Below, piece after piece: positions 47,154 to 56,623 of a stretch of DNA of 64,000 nt. Where the stretch lies: assembly GCA_018969385.1 (NCBI GenBank), contig JAGWYL010000001.1:2677-66676 (forward strand), read 5' to 3'. Position 1 is the stretch's first letter, and every line of letters begins with the position of its first letter. The stretch is from Patescibacteria group bacterium. GTDB lineage: Bacteria; Patescibacteriota; Minisyncoccia; Phycocordibacterales; Phycocordibacteraceae. A program made the position numbers and the translations under genes. The notes below the pieces were generated by a model that saw nothing but the letters and a program-made list of their open reading frames with translations, searched no databases and was not told the origin of the DNA.

Positions 47154-49541
47154 GTGGCGAAGAAACTACTCATCGTCGAGTCTCCGACGAAGGCGCGCAC
47201 CATCGGCCAGTATCTCGGCAAGGACTATGAGGTCCTCGCTTCCGTCGGGCATGTCCGCGACCTGCCGAAGTCGAACAAGGATGCGGTGGATATCGAGGAC
47301 GATTTCCGCCCCAAGTACGTGATACCCGCGGAGAAGCGCGAGGTCATCGAACGCATTCGGCGCGCTGCGGGCAAGATAGCTGACGTCTACCTCGCGACCG
47401 ACCCCGACCGCGAAGGCGAAGCCATCGCGTGGCATATACAGGAGGTAGCCGACCTCACGAAGCCGAAGCGCGTCGTCTTCCACGAGATAACGAAGAGCGC
47501 CATCGAAGAGGCGCTCCGGCATCCGCGCGCCATCGACGAGCACCTGCGCCGCGCGCAAGAAGCGCGGCGCGTCCTCGACCGCATCGTGGGATACGACCTT
47601 TCCGGACTCATCTGGAAGAAGGTGCGGTACGGACTTTCCGCCGGACGCGTGCAGTCTCCCGCGCTCCGGATACTCGCGGAGCGCGAACGGGAGATTAAGG
47701 CATTCGTACCGGAAACATATTTCGTCATCGACGCGCGCTTCAAGGCGAAGGACGGCATGGAGTTCCCCGCGGTATGCGCGACGGAGCCGAAAACGAAGGA
47801 CGAAGCGGAGCGCATCGTCACGCTCGGCCGCGCGGCGTCGTGGGAGGTCGCGTCCGTGACGGAGCGCAACGAGGAGCGCAATCCGCGCCCGCCGTTCACC
47901 ACTTCCACGCTCCAGCAGACCGCCTCCACGCGCCTCGGCTTCGCGCCTTCGCGCGCGATGCGTGCAGCGCAGAAGCTGTACGAAGCGGGCCACATCACGT
48001 ACATGCGTACGGACTCCGTGAATCTCGCCGCGGAGGCGGTGGCGAAGATGGCCGGCGTCATCGAGCGCGAATTCGGAAAGGAGTATCTCGAGGTGCGGGC
48101 GTATAAGACCAAGAGCAAGAACGCGCAGGAAGCGCACGAGGCGATACGTCCGACGGATGCCGGGAAAGCGAAGGCGGGAAACACCTCGGACGAGCAGCAT
48201 CTCTACGAGCTCATCCGCACGCGCGCGCTCGCCTCGCAGATGGCGAGCGCGAAGGTGCTCCGCACGAGCGTCGCCGCGAAGGCGTCCGCGGATATCCCGC
48301 TCTTCACCGCATCCGGTTCGCGCATCCTCTTCCCCGGCTGGCTCGCGCTCGACACCCGCGCGCGCGGCGAGGATACGGAGCTGCCGAAGCTCGCGGACGG
48401 CGAAGCGCTCGCGCTCCTTTCGCTCGCCGAAACCGAAAAGCAGACGGAGCCGCCGAACCGCTACACGGAAGCGGGTCTCATCAAGGAACTCGAAAAGCGC
48501 GGCATCGGACGCCCGTCCACCTACGCGAGCATCATGAAGACCATCGCGGACCGCGGGTACGTGGAGAAGCAGGGCCGGACGCTCATGCCGACCGCGACCG
48601 GCATGGTGGTGTCCGGCTGGCTCGAGGAGAACTTTCCGCACTACGTGAGCGACACGTTCACTGCGGAGATGGAGGACGAGCTCGACGAGATAGCGCGCGG
48701 CGAGCGCGGCTATGCCGAGACGCTCAAGGCGTTCTACGGACCGTTCGAGAAGGAGGTGCGCGCGAAGGACAAGCTGCCGAAGGCGACGGCGCTCGGCGAC
48801 GTGCCCGCCGAGTTCCCCTGTCCGCTGTGCGGCGGTCCCATGGAGTTCAAGCTCGGGCGCGCGGGCGTCTTCATGAGCTGCAAGCGCTATCCGGAATGTG
48901 CGGGCGCGCGCATGGAAGACGGCACGGAGATGAAGCCGGACGACCCCATCGGATTCCATCCTGAAACCGGAGCGCCGATTTTCATAAAGACCGGACGATT
49001 CGGCCCGTACGTGGAAATGGCACTGCCGGAAGCTGACAGCGAACAGCTGACAGCTGACAGCAAGACCGAACCCAAGAAGCGCGGCAAGGGCCGTCCGAAG
49101 ACCGCGGCGAAGCGCGCGAGCATCCCGCCCGGCACGGACCTCTCGCAGATTACGCTTGCGGACGCGCTCCGGTATCTCTCGCTTCCGCGCGAGCTCGGCA
49201 TGCACCCTTCGACCGGGAAACCGGTCTTCGCCTCCACGGGACGCTACGGACCGTACGTGGGCAGCGACGGCGAATTCCGTTCGCTCAAGAGCGCCGTGGG
49301 AGACCCGTACACCGTCACGCTCGACACGGCGCTCGCGCTCCTTGCCGAACCCAAGAAGCCGCCGCGCGGCGTGGACATCGTCCGCGAAGTCGGCAAGCAC
49401 CCCAAGACCGGCAAGACCATCGTGCTCTATCGCTCCAAGCAGGGACTGTTCCTCAAGAAGGGACTGCGACGCATCTACCTCCCTTCGACCGCCGACGCGG
49501 ATGTGCTCACGCCCGAAGAAGCGGCGGAGTACCTCAGATAG
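47154..49541 (+). CDS. topA: DNA topoisomerase I
   Basis: TOPRIM domain (LLIVESPTKA), active-site region and C-terminal Zn-ribbon CPLCG...CKRYPEC. GTG start at 47154. Confidence 0.9.
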   Translation: MAKKLLIVESPTKARTIGQYLGKDYEVLASVGHVRDLPKSNKDAVDIEDDFRPKYVIPAEKREVIERIRRAAGKIADVYLATDPDREGEAIAWHIQEVADLTKPKRVVFHEITKSAIEEALRHPRAIDEHLRRAQEARRVLDRIVGYDLSGLIWKKVRYGLSAGRVQSPALRILAEREREIKAFVPETYFVIDARFKAKDGMEFPAVCATEPKTKDEAERIVTLGRAASWEVASVTERNEERNPRPPFTTSTLQQTASTRLGFAPSRAMRAAQKLYEAGHITYMRTDSVNLAAEAVAKMAGVIEREFGKEYLEVRAYKTKSKNAQEAHEAIRPTDAGKAKAGNTSDEQHLYELIRTRALASQMASAKVLRTSVAAKASADIPLFTASGSRILFPGWLALDTRARGEDTELPKLADGEALALLSLAETEKQTEPPNRYTEAGLIKELEKRGIGRPSTYASIMKTIADRGYVEKQGRTLMPTATGMVVSGWLEENFPHYVSDTFTAEMEDELDEIARGERGYAETLKAFYGPFEKEVRAKDKLPKATALGDVPAEFPCPLCGGPMEFKLGRAGVFMSCKRYPECAGARMEDGTEMKPDDPIGFHPETGAPIFIKTGRFGPYVEMALPEADSEQLTADSKTEPKKRGKGRPKTAAKRASIPPGTDLSQITLADALRYLSLPRELGMHPSTGKPVFASTGRYGPYVGSDGEFRSLKSAVGDPYTVTLDTALALLAEPKKPPRGVDIVREVGKHPKTGKTIVLYRSKQGLFLKKGLRRIYLPSTADADVLTPEEAAEYLR

Positions 49542-49586
49542 CAAAAGCCATTACCCGTCGCGGGCGGGATTCGGTATACTGGCCGG

Positions 49587-51185
49587 ATGACCACCGTGAA
49601 GGAAATCGTCGGCGCGATGAAGAGTCCCACGGAGGAGGACCGCGCGTTCGTCGAGAAAGCGTACGAATACGCCAAGAAAGCGCATGAGGGCCACACGCGC
49701 TATTCCGGCGAGCCCTATTTCATACATCCCGCCGCCACCGCGAAGATACTCGCGGAATTCGGCATGGACGCGAAGACCATAGCGGCCGGCCTCCTCCATG
49801 ACGCCATCGAGGATGCGCGTGCGACGCCCGAAGACGTAGAACGAGAATTCGGCAAGGAGGTGCTGTTCCTCGTCGAAGGCGTGACGAAGCTCGGGAAGCA
49901 CCAGTACCACGGCGCGGAGCGGCATGCGGAATCCTTGCGGCGTCTTTTGGTCGCGTCCGCCGCGGACCTGCGCGTGCTCATCGTGAAGCTCGCCGACCGC
50001 TACCACAACATGACGACGCTCGAGCACGTGCCCGAGGAGAAGCGCAAGCGCATCGCGCTCGAGACGCTCGAGATCTATGCACCCTTGGCGGACCGTCTCG
50101 GCTTCGGCGTCCTGAAGCGCGAGCTCGAAGACCTCTCCTTCCCGTTCATCGACCCTGACGCGTACCACCACGTCGTGGAGGTCCGCAAGCTCGCGCGGCG
50201 CGAGACCGAAGCCGGACTCGCGAAGGTGCAGAAGGAATTGCAGAAGGAGCTCGCGAAAAAGGGCATCACGGACTTCCGGAGCGACGTCCGCGTCAAGGGG
50301 CTCTGGAGCCTGCACCGGAAGCTCGCGCGCAAGAACGACGACATCACGAAGATTCACGACATCGCCGCGCTGCGCATCATCGTGCCGACCATCGACGACT
50401 GCTACACGACGCTCGGCATCATCCACGCGCTCTGGCCGCCCTTGCCCGGCGAGTTCACGGATTACATCGCGACGCCGAAGCCGAACGGCTACCAGTCCCT
50501 CCACACCACCGTCATCACGCGGGACGCGGGCATCGTGGAGATACAGGTGCGGACGGAAGAGATGCACAAGAACGCGCAATTCGGCATCGCGTCCCACATG
50601 TCGTACAAGCAGCTCGGCAAGGAAGCGCCGAAGTCGACCTTCGCTTCGCTCTCCTTCACGTGGGTGCGCGCGCTCATGCCTTCGCTGCTGCATTTCTCAA
50701 GGAAGCAGACGGCGGAAGCCGCGGAAGTGAGCCACCAGGCCGAAGCGCCGCGCTGGCTTTCGGAGCTCGCGGACGCGCATGCGTCCATCGCCGGCTCGAA
50801 GGAGTTCGTCGACGGCCTCAAGGAGGATTTCTTCTCCCATCGCGTCTTCGTCTTCACGCCGAAGGGCGACGTCGTTGACCTGCCGCTTGGCGCCACGCCG
50901 ATAGATTTCGCCTACGCGATACACAGCGGGCTCGGCAATCACATGAACGGCGCGAAGGTGAACGGGAAGCTCACCACGCTCGATTCCGAACTCGCGAACG
51001 GCGACGTGGTCGAGATAATGCGCCGCGAGTCCGCGCATCCGACCGCGAAGTGGCTCGACTCCGCGAAGACCTCGCTCGCGCGGCGGCATATCCGCCTCGC
51101 GCTCGGCATGACGGACCCCGAAGCGTCCCGCAGGCCGCGCCGCCGCCGCATGCGCCCGCAGAAGAAGAAGGAGACGGGCGCTTAG
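49587..51185 (+). CDS. RelA/SpoT-homologue (p)ppGpp synthetase/hydrolase, short form (HD + synthetase + TGS, no ACT)
   Basis: HD motif HD, synthetase motif and TGS domain. 532 aa. Confidence 0.85.
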   Translation: MTTVKEIVGAMKSPTEEDRAFVEKAYEYAKKAHEGHTRYSGEPYFIHPAATAKILAEFGMDAKTIAAGLLHDAIEDARATPEDVEREFGKEVLFLVEGVTKLGKHQYHGAERHAESLRRLLVASAADLRVLIVKLADRYHNMTTLEHVPEEKRKRIALETLEIYAPLADRLGFGVLKRELEDLSFPFIDPDAYHHVVEVRKLARRETEAGLAKVQKELQKELAKKGITDFRSDVRVKGLWSLHRKLARKNDDITKIHDIAALRIIVPTIDDCYTTLGIIHALWPPLPGEFTDYIATPKPNGYQSLHTTVITRDAGIVEIQVRTEEMHKNAQFGIASHMSYKQLGKEAPKSTFASLSFTWVRALMPSLLHFSRKQTAEAAEVSHQAEAPRWLSELADAHASIAGSKEFVDGLKEDFFSHRVFVFTPKGDVVDLPLGATPIDFAYAIHSGLGNHMNGAKVNGKLTTLDSELANGDVVEIMRRESAHPTAKWLDSAKTSLARRHIRLALGMTDPEASRRPRRRRMRPQKKKETGA

Positions 51186-51201
51186 AACTCATTTCAAACG
51201 T

Positions 51202-51264
51202 CGCGATGCCGCTCGCATTCGGAAGCGGACTCTCTTTAGGCTTCCGAATGCGACCGGCATCGCG
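51202..51264. terminator. 25-bp near-perfect inverted repeat (24/25) with 13-nt loop between convergent relA-like and parB genes
   Basis: cgcgatgccgctcgcattcggaagc / gcttccgaatgcgaccggcatcgcg seen in the sequence. Confidence 0.45.
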
Positions 51265-51294
51265 GGCGAGTTTCGCGAAAGCGTGCGGCGTTTC

Positions 51295-52317
51295 TTATAC
51301 GCTGAAATTCCTGATGGAGTAGAGGTCGTCTTCCGGCGGCTCTTCGGGCGCCCTGGACGGCACCGGGTCTTCAAGCTGCGTCGTGTTCGGGTAGACGGGC
51401 ATCCCAGAAGACGCGCCCGCTCCGGACTGCGCTTCGCGCTGCGCGAGCGAGGTGACGAGGAGCGAAAGGTCTTCCGGAGAGAAGAAGTCGATCATGAGGC
51501 GGCCGCCCTGCTCGTTCGCTTCGATGATGACGCGCGTCCCGAGCGTCTCCGTGAGCGACTTCTCGAGTTCCTGCATCTCCGGCGTCTTCTTGTGGTGCTT
51601 CCTCACGCGCTCCTGCGCGATGGAACGCGCGATGCGCTCCGCCGCGCGCACGGAAATCTTCTTGAGGCATATCTCGCGGAAGAGCGTCTCCCGTTCTTCC
51701 GGACGGTCGTTGAGCGCGAGCAGCGTGCGCGCATGCCCTTCGGAAATCTCCTTGTTCACGATGGCCGCCTGCATGGGCTCCGGAAGGAGAAGGAGGCGCA
51801 GGCTGTTGCTCACGAACTCGCGGCTCTTCCCCACCTTCGCGCCGATTTCCGCGTGGGTCATGCCGAACTCGACGGCGAGCTTCTCGAACGCGCGCGCGCG
51901 GTCGACGGCGTTCAGATCCTCGCGCTGCAGGTTCTCAATGATGGCGAGCTCCAGCTTCTCCTTGTCGCTCTGCTCGCCGGTCCGGATGACCACCGGAACT
52001 TCCTTGAGGCCGATGAGTTTCGAAGCGCGGAGCCGCCGTTCGCCCGCGATAAGCTCGTATTCCGTCTGGAGGCCGCCGTCCGGCTTCTGCACTTCCTTGC
52101 GCGTCACCACGAGCGGCATGAGCACGCCGTACTGGCGGATGGATTCCGCGAGCGCCTTGAGGCGGTCATCGTCGAATTCGCGCCGCGGCTGGTACGGGTT
52201 CGGCTTGATGCGTTCCGTCTCCACCCAGTAGACGGAATCGTATTTCGTCGGGACGTATGCGGTGTCTGTCATTGCATCAGATTTTAACATGTATGCGTTC
52301 GCTGAATAGCGAGACAT
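51295..52317 (-). CDS. parB: ParB/Spo0J family chromosome partitioning protein
   Basis: ParB box GERRLRA and HTH. An alternative ATG lies at 52272. Confidence 0.85.
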   Translation of the reverse strand: MSRYSANAYMLKSDAMTDTAYVPTKYDSVYWVETERIKPNPYQPRREFDDDRLKALAESIRQYGVLMPLVVTRKEVQKPDGGLQTEYELIAGERRLRASKLIGLKEVPVVIRTGEQSDKEKLELAIIENLQREDLNAVDRARAFEKLAVEFGMTHAEIGAKVGKSREFVSNSLRLLLLPEPMQAAIVNKEISEGHARTLLALNDRPEERETLFREICLKKISVRAAERIARSIAQERVRKHHKKTPEMQELEKSLTETLGTRVIIEANEQGGRLMIDFFSPEDLSLLVTSLAQREAQSGAGASSGMPVYPNTTQLEDPVPSRAPEEPPEDDLYSIRNFSV

Positions 52318-52359
52318 GGAGTGAAAAACACGGGATACAATGGTAGTATGTCGAAACTC

Positions 52360-52443
52360 GGGCGAGTGCCGGAATCGGTAGACGGGCGCGGCTCAAAACC
52401 GCGTGGCCGCAAGGTCGTGAGGGTTCGAGTCCCTCCTCGCCCA
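52360..52443 (+). tRNA. tRNA-Leu (anticodon CAA), type II with long variable arm; CCA not encoded
   Basis: Hand-folded. Acceptor GGGCGAG/CUCGCCC, anticodon stem CGCGG/CCGCG, loop CUCAAAA, T arm GAGGG-UUCGAGU-CCCUC. Confidence 0.85.
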
Positions 52444-52446
52444 CAG

Positions 52447-52686
52447 TTGAGCCGAGTCGAATTGAAGTATCTCGCGTATCTTGTCGGTGCCGCTTTGGGA
52501 GACGGAAATTTATCGAACCATCTGTGGAATACTCTCGCCCTGTCCGCTCCATTCTCCGAAAGTGAATTTCTTAATAAACAAAGACCGAGCACGAGAGTGC
52601 GAACGGGAACGAAGGTCTCGTGCACTCGTAAGTACAGCAAAGCAAATGCAGTGATGGGAAGTGCGATATCTGCGCTTTCCTGTTAG
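52447..52686 (+). pseudogene. Remnant of a LAGLIDADG homing-endonuclease-like ORF directly abutting the tRNA-Leu 3' end
   Basis: In-frame translation gives VELKYLAYLVGAALGDGNLS. Only ~80 codons remain before a stop at 52686. A TTG start is possible at 52447. Confidence 0.3.
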
Positions 52687-53345
52687 ATTTTGCCGACGAG
52701 GTCTAACCCCGGCGTCATATCATCATCCCCCGGCTCCCAGCTCGCCGGACAGACTTTCCCGTCGTGGCTTTCGACGTACTGCGCCGCCTTGAGCTTGCGG
52801 AGCGTCTCTTTCGCGGAGCGGCCGATGCTGTTGTCGTGAATCTCCATGGTCCGCAGTATGCCCGTGGGGTCGATGATGAACGTGCCGCGAAGCGCGAGTC
52901 CTTCGTCCGCCGTGAACGCGGAGTCGCCGCCTTCGACGAGCGCGCCGAACGCGTAGGCGATCTTCCCGGACGGGTCCGCGCCCATCGGGAATGCTATCTT
53001 GCCTATCGCCGGCGAAACGTCGTGCCACGCCTTGTGCACGAATACGGTGTCCGTCGAGAACGAGATGACTTCCGCGTTCAGTTTCTTCATCTGCGGATAC
53101 AGTTCGGCCATCTCTTCGAGCTCCGTCGGGCACACGAACGTGAAGTCGGCGGGATAGAACATGACGACGAGCCATTTCCCGCGCGTCTCGGAGAACTTCA
53201 TCGTGCGCGTGCGTTCATCCTGGTACACCTCGAATTCGAAATCCGGCACCGCTTCCCCGACGCGTACCGATGAGACGAAGTCCTGCGGCAGGTCGTGGAA
53301 GTCGCCGCAATGCTCACAGTAGTTGCTCTTGGTTTCTTTTTTCAT
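52683..53345 (-). CDS. Peroxiredoxin (2-Cys, AhpC/Tsa family) with a short N-terminal CxxC-containing extension
   Basis: Peroxidatic Cys in FTFVCPTE and resolving Cys in VCPASW. ATG at 53345. The track's extension to 53477 was rejected. Confidence 0.85.
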   Translation of the reverse strand: MKKETKSNYCEHCGDFHDLPQDFVSSVRVGEAVPDFEFEVYQDERTRTMKFSETRGKWLVVMFYPADFTFVCPTELEEMAELYPQMKKLNAEVISFSTDTVFVHKAWHDVSPAIGKIAFPMGADPSGKIAYAFGALVEGGDSAFTADEGLALRGTFIIDPTGILRTMEIHDNSIGRSAKETLRKLKAAQYVESHDGKVCPASWEPGDDDMTPGLDLVGKI

Positions 53346-53458
53346 ACGAGAATAGATTACAGGCCACAGGCGACAGCAGACAGGATACGACACAGGGCGG
53401 CGGTGCATCCTGACCCGATAGGCACCCCTGTCGGCTATTCGCTGTTGGCTATGCATCC

Positions 53459-54343
53459 ATGATAGCATTTCGGCCAATGGGCGCTAAAACACGCATCCTC
53501 TGCATCGCCGGGCCTACGGCGTCCGGAAAGACGGCGCGCGCCGTTTCCGAAGCGCTCGCGCGGGACGGCGAAGTCATTTCCGTGGACAGCCGGCAGGTGT
53601 ACCGCATGCTCGACATCGGGGCGGAAAAGGTCACGCCCGATGAGATGCGCGGCGTCCCGCATCACCTCATCGATATACGTGACCCGGAAGAGACCTACAC
53701 CGCCGCGGACTTCGCGAAGGATGCCGCGCGCCTCATCGAAGAGATTTCCGCGCGCGGGAAGCTTCCCATTCTCGCGGGCGGCACGCATTTCTATTTCGAC
53801 GCGCTCCTGCGCGGTCTTCCTGAATCCGTCCCGCCGGATAGAGCGCTTCGCGCGCGCCTTGCGCACGTTCCGGACGAAGCGCTGCTCGCGCGTATCCGAG
53901 CGCGCGACCCGCGCCGCGCGGGAGAGCTCGACCCGCATAACCGGCGGCGGCTCATCCGCGCGCTTGAGATAATCGAGTCGCAGGGAGCGGTTCCGCGGCG
54001 CGGCGCGGCGGCGGTACCCTATGACGTCGAATGGCTGTTCATCGAACCTGAGCTCTCCGAGCTTCGCGCGCGCATCGACGAGCGCGAAGCGCTTAAGTTC
54101 CCGCGCGGCCTCGTCGCGGAGGTGGAGCGCGTCCGCGCGCGCGTCAAAGACGCGCGCCTCGACGAGCTCGGGCTCGAATACCGTATCGTGGGCGAATACC
54201 TGCGCGGCGAACGCACGTACGAATCCATGCTTCCCGCGCTTCGCGCGAAGCTCTGGCAGTACGCGCGCCGTCAGCGGGCGTGGCTCCGGAAACTCCGGAG
54301 CGAAGTCATTGCGGAAGAACGACCGAATCAGGACAGAAGCTGA
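53459..54343 (+). CDS. miaA: tRNA dimethylallyltransferase
   Basis: P-loop GPTASGKT and MiaA core. Confidence 0.85.
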   Translation: MIAFRPMGAKTRILCIAGPTASGKTARAVSEALARDGEVISVDSRQVYRMLDIGAEKVTPDEMRGVPHHLIDIRDPEETYTAADFAKDAARLIEEISARGKLPILAGGTHFYFDALLRGLPESVPPDRALRARLAHVPDEALLARIRARDPRRAGELDPHNRRRLIRALEIIESQGAVPRRGAAAVPYDVEWLFIEPELSELRARIDEREALKFPRGLVAEVERVRARVKDARLDELGLEYRIVGEYLRGERTYESMLPALRAKLWQYARRQRAWLRKLRSEVIAEERPNQDRS

Positions 54344-54875
54344 GTCCCAAGTTCTTGCCTGCAAATGCGCTATTTATCCAATACGGAACCGAAACGGAAT
54401 ACTTAAGCCGGCACAGTTGATCCTGAGGAATCCCGAGCATTGACATAAGGTACTGTTCAGCATCGATACGCGTCTGGCCGATCGGCTCCTGCAATAGCGC
54501 GATGGAGAAACTGCCTGAGTCGGCTTCGTACAGAATCAGATATGGAGGTGTATTAGTCGCGGTCGAATCGGACACTCCCTCGTATGGATGATATCCGAGG
54601 TAATAGTAACCCTGATTAATCGGATCCTTGACCGTCTTCGGGTCCGAAAGGAAATTCGCTGCAAGCACCGTACCGCCGTCCGAAGCCGCAAGCGAGTATC
54701 TGACCCCGGCACCGTTGGTACCGCCGGACGCGCCACTGCCCGGAAATGCATTCGCGGTCGTCGAGGCAGTCGGAGAAGGCAGCGCAGGGTTCGCAGTGGA
54801 TAGGTACCAGAAGACTCCAAGACCGGCCAAAACGAGGACGGCGGCAGCTACGAGGATGAATAATCGGGATTTCAT
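54306..54875 (-). CDS. Hypothetical secreted protein
   Basis: 189 aa with an N-terminal signal/anchor. Lies immediately downstream of the pilin/lysozyme-like gene. Convergent 38-nt overlap with miaA. Confidence 0.45.
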   Translation of the reverse strand: MKSRLFILVAAAVLVLAGLGVFWYLSTANPALPSPTASTTANAFPGSGASGGTNGAGVRYSLAASDGGTVLAANFLSDPKTVKDPINQGYYYLGYHPYEGVSDSTATNTPPYLILYEADSGSFSIALLQEPIGQTRIDAEQYLMSMLGIPQDQLCRLKYSVSVPYWINSAFAGKNLGLSFCPDSVVLPQ

Positions 54876-54884
54876 AGGTGTACG

Positions 54885-55835
54885 TTAGCTTTGCGGGTCA
54901 TATTTCGCTACGCAGGCGCCGGACTTCGTATTATCAGAGCTGGTTGTCCATGGACCGTACTTCGACGTCTGGAACATTGCATATGCGGACTGATCGTTGC
55001 ACTGCGCATCCCTCGCGGCTTTCGCACAGGGCTGGCACGACGGTTCGTTATTGACGGCCCCTCCATTTGCGGCCTTGCAGAGAGCCGGGCAGTCAAGGGT
55101 GCTGTTGCCATTGTTGTACTTCGCGCATGCGGAACCAGTGAGTTTATTCGCGGTCAGCATGATCTGGAATATCCCGCACGCATTACCGTTGCAGATGGCC
55201 GGCTGCCCTGAACTTTCGGTCATGGCGATGCACGACATCGCGTTCGCCTGGTTCTGATTGAATCCGATGCTCTGAAGAGCCGAAGGACTGCAGGCGCTCG
55301 TCTGACAAAGGGGGCCGGCGGTTTGGCTTCCACCCGGAGTGGTACCGGGGGTAGCGGAGGCGCCTGCGCCGCTTGTCGCCGCAGGCGGAGCCGGCACGGG
55401 AAGACAGTTACCGCTTCCCGTACCTTGGAGGATGGTCTGCCAGTTGCTCGCGAACGAGCCTCCCGCGAGGAATACCGCAAGGAACGCGGAAACGATGAGC
55501 CACGCGGTAAGGACGAAGAAGAGGCCGATGACGGCGGAGATGAGCATCGTCCTCCCCTCTTCGCGATTCTTCGGCGAGAACGGCGTGAGTATCCAGAGGA
55601 TGGCCGCGTACGCCATCACGAGGACGGCGACGATGATGCCAGCCACCACCGCGAAATGCGTCAGGTTGTTTATGGTCCCAATGACCGCGTTTATGCCGAG
55701 CGGGCAGGCATCCGTAGGGACGATGTGGAAATTCGAGTCTATCGTCGTCGCGGGCTGCGCGAGCGCGAGCGACGGTGCGAGCAGCAGGGCACTCGCAGAT
55801 GCGAGGATGGCAAGCGCAGGGATGCGTGGACGCAT
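54885..55835 (-). CDS. Secreted protein with N-terminal VirB2/TrbC-like pilin architecture fused to a Cys-rich GH23 lysozyme-like (lytic transglycosylase) domain
   Basis: ATG at 55835 gives signal peptide MRPRIPALAILASASALLLAPSLALA, followed by two hydrophobic helices separated by TPFSPKNREEGRT. The C-terminal ~190 aa carries >14 Cys and SLT-like motifs TESSG, GIFQIM and AKYNNG. Confidence 0.55.
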   Translation of the reverse strand: MRPRIPALAILASASALLLAPSLALAQPATTIDSNFHIVPTDACPLGINAVIGTINNLTHFAVVAGIIVAVLVMAYAAILWILTPFSPKNREEGRTMLISAVIGLFFVLTAWLIVSAFLAVFLAGGSFASNWQTILQGTGSGNCLPVPAPPAATSGAGASATPGTTPGGSQTAGPLCQTSACSPSALQSIGFNQNQANAMSCIAMTESSGQPAICNGNACGIFQIMLTANKLTGSACAKYNNGNSTLDCPALCKAANGGAVNNEPSCQPCAKAARDAQCNDQSAYAMFQTSKYGPWTTSSDNTKSGACVAKYDPQS

Positions 55836-55939
55836 AGAGACATCATACCGCATCCGCAAGAGGCTGACTGCGCTTTCCCCATGCCAAGCCATATCTGTAA
55901 CGTATCTTAACGTTATAATACGTATTAATGAGGATAAAG

Positions 55940-56623
55940 ATGGCGGAGCGGAATGAGGCGGTATTGAGGCGGATTCGAGGGGAAACGATTCCGGATATAG
56001 CAGGCAAGCTCCACGTCTCGAAAGCATCTGTCTCTCTTTGGACCCGAGACATAGCCATTCCGAAGCGCACGCTGCGCGTCATGCGCGAGCGCCAGATGAA
56101 GAACCGCCTTCTTGCCCACGAAGCGCGCAGGCGCGGCACGAAGGATAAGCTGGCTGCGGCGGAGCGAGAAGCTCGCCAGCGTTTCATGCAAAAAAATATT
56201 GACCGGCGTGAGGCACTGCTCCTGTGTTCCCTGCTGTACTGGTGTGAAGGATCGAAATCGAAAAACGACACGGAATTCACCTTCACGAACGCTGAACCGC
56301 TTATGATTCGGGGTTTCCTTTCCCTATTTCGTACTGCATTCCCGGATGCTGACCCGAAGAAGCTGCGTGTAAATATGCATCTGCATGAGTACCACGATGA
56401 GCGGCGACAACGGAAGTTCTGGTCCCGCGTTACCGGGATACCTGAAGCGCAATTCACCAAGACTTTTTGGAAGGCGCATACGGGAAAGACGACGAGGAAA
56501 GGATACCCCGGATGCGTTCATGTCCGATACTACGACGTACGGGTCTCTCGAACGGTTTCCGCGACCGCCCGCGCCTTTCTAGGATTCGTAAGTGATGATA
56601 CTATGCCGCACACGGGTCTATAG
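55940..56623 (+). CDS. HTH-domain protein, possibly a degenerate LAGLIDADG-type endonuclease; 3' end overlaps tRNA-Trp by 10 nt
   Basis: A GAGGA SD lies before ATG 55940. N-terminal HTH (IPDIAGKLHVSKASVSLWTRDI). LLYWCEGSKS weakly resembles degenerate LAGLIDADG motifs. Confidence 0.45.
   Translation: MAERNEAVLRRIRGETIPDIAGKLHVSKASVSLWTRDIAIPKRTLRVMRERQMKNRLLAHEARRRGTKDKLAAAEREARQRFMQKNIDRREALLLCSLLYWCEGSKSKNDTEFTFTNAEPLMIRGFLSLFRTAFPDADPKKLRVNMHLHEYHDERRQRKFWSRVTGIPEAQFTKTFWKAHTGKTTRKGYPGCVHVRYYDVRVSRTVSATARAFLGFVSDDTMPHTGL

Noticed and set aside
47166-49544. 792-aa minus-strand ORF
   Set aside because: Antisense to topA. No stop by chance in a GC-rich frame.
52321-52686. 121-aa plus ORF
   Set aside because: It reads straight through tRNA-Leu. 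Only the part downstream of the tRNA (LAGLIDADG-like) is meaningful and is reported separately as a remnant.
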